DNA of 53,266 nt, from assembly GCA_017505745.1 (NCBI GenBank), contig JAFVOP010000018.1, forward strand, positions 1 through 53,266, written 5' to 3'. Positions within the stretch are counted from its first letter, which is position 1. The number at the start of each line of letters is the position of its first letter. The notes below the pieces were generated by a model that was not told the DNA's origin, searched no databases, and saw only the letters and a program-made list of their open reading frames with translations. This document shows positions 50,351 to 53,266 of this stretch, piece by piece. Position numbers and translations under genes: made by a program. This stretch comes from Clostridia bacterium. GTDB taxonomy: Bacteria > Bacillota > Clostridia > Oscillospirales > CAG-272.

Positions 50351-50943
50351 TTGGACTCACCGGCCCCAGCGGCGCGGGAAAAAGCACCGTGGCAGAGCGG
50401 CTGGCCGCCTACGGACTCCCGATCATCAATGCAGACGAAGTCTACCATCAGCTTTTGATCCCCCCCTCCAAGTGTCTCAACGAATTGGTTGATTCCTTCG
50501 GAACCTCCATTCTGTCTCCAAACGGCACCCTCAACCGCCGCGCGCTCGGAGAGATCGTCTTTTCGCATCCCGCCGCGCTTGACCGCCTCAATGCCATTGC
50601 CCACAAGCACGTGATGGAAGAGATCCGCAATCAGCTGGAGCTGCTGCGGCGCAAAAACACCCGCGCAGCCGTTTTGGACGCGCCCCAACTGTTTGAGGCA
50701 GGAGCCAACCGCGATTGCAGCGTGATCATTTCGGTATTGGCAGATACCAAGCTTCGTCTGGAGCGCATCGTAGAGCGCGACGGCCTGGATGCCGACACCG
50801 CCTACCGTCGCATTGCGGCGCAGAAAAAGGATGAGTTTTTCCGCTCGCACTCGGATTATATCATTGAAAACAACGGAAGCGCCGAGGCACTGTATCCGCA
50901 GATCCATCGGATCCTTTTGGAAACGGGGGTACTCACCCCATGA
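50341..50943 (+). CDS. coaE: Dephospho-CoA kinase
   Basis: IGLTGPSGAGKST, NAD, LNRRALG..VF, DAPQLFE. Confidence 0.93.
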   Translation: MLVIGLTGPSGAGKSTVAERLAAYGLPIINADEVYHQLLIPPSKCLNELVDSFGTSILSPNGTLNRRALGEIVFSHPAALDRLNAIAHKHVMEEIRNQLELLRRKNTRAAVLDAPQLFEAGANRDCSVIISVLADTKLRLERIVERDGLDADTAYRRIAAQKKDEFFRSHSDYIIENNGSAEALYPQIHRILLETGVLTP

Positions 50944-51521
50944 GATGGAACGTCCAACGCGTGGTCGCGCTTCTGCTTCTTCTCGCGTGTTCGGTCGGGT
51001 TCGGCTTTGCATTCGACGCCGTTGCCACCTTCGTGGAGCAACGGCAGCATCCGCGCCCCACGGAATGGAGCGTCCTGATTGAAGAAAACGCCGCACGCTA
51101 CGGCATTCCCGAGATGGTGCTTTGGGCAATCGTCAACGAGGGAAGCGGGTTTTCCAGCAATGCAACCTCCAAAAGCGGCAAGATCGGGCTGATGCAGCTC
51201 TCGCCCGCCGAGTTTGAGCAGATCGCGCTGGAGCTGTTTGCGATCGATTCCCCCGACCCCAGACTTCTTTACGATCCCGCAACCAACCTGCAATACGGAA
51301 CGGCGTGGCTTTCGCACCTCTATGAGACCTACGGGATCTGGGAGCTTGCCTATGCGGCCTATTTCGCAGGCGCGGATACGGTGGACGGATGGCTTTTCGA
51401 TCCCTCCCTGCTCGATGAGCAAGGGATCCTGAAGCAGATTCCCGACCCGGAAACCGAGGCCTACGTCAATCGAATCCAAAACGCGGTAGAGCTTTACCGC
51501 AAACTATATTACACCCCCTAA
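50940..51521 (+). CDS. Lytic transglycosylase (SLT-domain) protein, catalytic motif degenerate
   Basis: GLMQL, DPATN..YG, ETEAYV; downstream of coaE as is common in Clostridia. Confidence 0.85.
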   Translation: MRWNVQRVVALLLLLACSVGFGFAFDAVATFVEQRQHPRPTEWSVLIEENAARYGIPEMVLWAIVNEGSGFSSNATSKSGKIGLMQLSPAEFEQIALELFAIDSPDPRLLYDPATNLQYGTAWLSHLYETYGIWELAYAAYFAGADTVDGWLFDPSLLDEQGILKQIPDPETEAYVNRIQNAVELYRKLYYTP

Positions 51522-51535
51522 AGGAGAACACAATC

Positions 51536-52918
51536 ATGGCAGAAACCAAATCCAACGGGCTGGTCTATGAGAAAAAGACCGTCTACGAAAAAGCAGGCGC
51601 CGAGGTCGTTTCCGCGGCTTACGAATATGCGAAGGGCTACGCCGCCTTTCTGGATGCCTCCAAGACCGAGCGCGAGGCAGTTGTCGAAGGCGTGAAAATG
51701 GCGGAAGCGGCAGGCTACCGCCCCTATACCTTTGGCGCGCCGATGAAGGCAGGCGACAAATTCTACTACAACAACCGCGGCAAGAACATCTATCTCTTCC
51801 GCATTGGTTCCGAGGATATCAACAACGGAATCCGCATCACCGCCGCACACATCGACTCTCCCCGTCTGGACCTCAAGCAGGTTCCCGTATACGAGGACCA
51901 CGGCATGTGTTTCCTCAAAACCCACTACTACGGCGGCATCCGCAAGTACCAGTGGCTGGCCACTCCCCTCGCCCTGCACGGCGTGGTGGTCAAGCAGAGC
52001 GGCGAGGTGGTAGACGTGGTGATCGGCGAAAAGGATGACGATCCCGTGATGTATATCACCGATCTGCTCCCCCACCTGGCAGCAGCAGAGAACGAAAAGC
52101 CCCTCTACAAGGCCTTCTCGGGCGAAAAGCTCAACATTCTGGTTGGCTCCAAGCCTCTCGACGGCGAGGAGAAGGACAAGGTAAAGATGGGCGTGCTCCA
52201 ATACCTCCACGACACCTACGGCATCGTGGAAGAGGACTTCCTCTCGGCCGAGCTTTCGCTGGTTCCCGCCGCAAAGGCGCGTGACATTGGTTTTGACCGC
52301 TCACTCGTGGGCGGCTACGGACATGACGACCGCGTGTGCGCCTACCCCTCGATCACCGCAATGATCGATGCCGACGAGAGCATCCACACCACCATGTGCA
52401 TTCTGGTGGACAAGGAAGAGACCGGAAGCGACGGCGTAACGGGTATGCAGAGCAGCCTGATCACCGATATCATCACCGAGATCGCGAAAGCAATGGGCGG
52501 CAATGAGGCGGCCGTGCGCGCCAACTCCAAGTGCCTGTCCAGCGACGTGACCGCAACCTTTGACCCCAACTTTGCCGATGTTTACGAATACCGCAACTCC
52601 TCGCTCCTTGGCTGTGGCGTTGCGATGTGCAAATTCACGGGATCCCGCGGAAAGGGCGGCACCTCCGATGCCAGCGCCGAGCTGGTTGCATGGGTGCGCA
52701 AGTGCCTTAACGAGGCGGGCGTGGTATGGCAGACCTGCGAGCTTGGCAGAGTGGACGCGGGCGGCGGCGGAACGGTTGCCAAATACATGGCCAACCACAA
52801 CATCGATACCGTGGACCTCGGCGTTGGCGTCCTCTCGATGCACGCGCCTTACGAGGCCATCGCGAAGGTCGACCTCTACGAGGCTTACCGCGCGTTCAAG
52901 GCGTTTTATCAGTTCTGA
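51536..52918 (+). CDS. M18-family aminopeptidase
   Basis: AHIDSPRLDLK, YYGGIRKYQW, GHDDR, DKEETGS, GGGGT, SMHAP. Confidence 0.93.
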   Translation: MAETKSNGLVYEKKTVYEKAGAEVVSAAYEYAKGYAAFLDASKTEREAVVEGVKMAEAAGYRPYTFGAPMKAGDKFYYNNRGKNIYLFRIGSEDINNGIRITAAHIDSPRLDLKQVPVYEDHGMCFLKTHYYGGIRKYQWLATPLALHGVVVKQSGEVVDVVIGEKDDDPVMYITDLLPHLAAAENEKPLYKAFSGEKLNILVGSKPLDGEEKDKVKMGVLQYLHDTYGIVEEDFLSAELSLVPAAKARDIGFDRSLVGGYGHDDRVCAYPSITAMIDADESIHTTMCILVDKEETGSDGVTGMQSSLITDIITEIAKAMGGNEAAVRANSKCLSSDVTATFDPNFADVYEYRNSSLLGCGVAMCKFTGSRGKGGTSDASAELVAWVRKCLNEAGVVWQTCELGRVDAGGGGTVAKYMANHNIDTVDLGVGVLSMHAPYEAIAKVDLYEAYRAFKAFYQF

Positions 52919-52920
52919 TT

Positions 52921-53081
52921 TTTTCGTGGGAAACTTTTGAAAAAGTTTCCCACACCCTTCAAAACTTTTTCAAAAAAGTGATTGACCGAAGCAGGAAACT
53001 CTGTGCGCGATCTCGCTCGCAGGCTCCCGCATGCGTTTTGGTACCGCCACCCAAAACGCTCACGAAGTAGCTTCACCATGG
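52921..53081 (+). repeat. Dispersed bipartite palindromic element (copy 2)
   Basis: GTGGGAAACTTTTGAAAAAGTTTCCCAC (52926-52953), 29-mer hairpin at 53033-53061, CCATGG at 53076. Confidence 0.85.
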
Positions 53082-53151
53082 GCAAGTCTACCCGTTGAAC
53101 AACTTCGTTACCTTAGGCAATACTCCAATCGCGTCGAAAGGAACTTTCCTC

Positions 53152-53266
53152 ATGCTCACCAAATTGCGGGAAACCGAAGAAACATTCCATCATTTGGAGG
53201 CCATGCTCTCCGATCCCGCCGTAACGTCGGATCCGAACCGTTACGTACAGGTGATGAAGGAGTATC
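53152..53266 (+). CDS. prfA: Peptide chain release factor 1 (5' part only)
   Basis: MLTKLRETEETFHHLEAMLSDPAVTSDPNRYVQVMKEY resembles the RF1 N-terminus; AAAGGA RBS; runs off the window. Confidence 0.8.
   Translation, partial: MLTKLRETEETFHHLEAMLSDPAVTSDPNRYVQVMKEY

Overview
A 53-kb chromosomal segment from a Clostridia-like Firmicute (sigmaA-type promoters, T-box, whiA), mostly housekeeping. It holds a YtrA/GntR-ABC operon, tRNA-Thr(CGT), rsmA, ackA, secG and nth. A ~13.6-kb branched-chain amino acid cluster under a Leu T-box follows (leuA-ilvB-ilvN-ilvC-ilvD-leuC-leuD-leuB-DUF815 ATPase-ilvA-ridA-ilvE), then cls, a Ca-type P-ATPase, fba, dnaE-whiA-murB, coaE-slt-M18 aminopeptidase and the start of prfA. 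No cas gene, integrase, transposase or reverse transcriptase was recognised. The unusual signals are mostly non-coding. (1) Three ~114-bp tandem units follow tRNA-Thr, each made of a UUCG-type hairpin, the tRNA anticodon loop, an inserted hairpin, the tRNA 3' half with CCA, and a covarying terminator. (2) Two tandem ~200-bp copies of an unidentified structured leader RNA each have their own promoter and terminator. (3) A duplicated, still-open 3' end of rsmA brackets a SulP gene. (4) A dispersed bipartite palindromic element occurs at ~27.5 kb and ~53 kb. (5) An AraC-type promoter architecture is shared by a GH36 gene and an M14 peptidase gene. (6) A three-operator XRE switch sits next to an AT-rich membrane-protein gene. 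The first ~130 bp encode a SusC/TonB-receptor-like peptide and are probably chimeric. All calls come from reading the sequence; no database searches were run.
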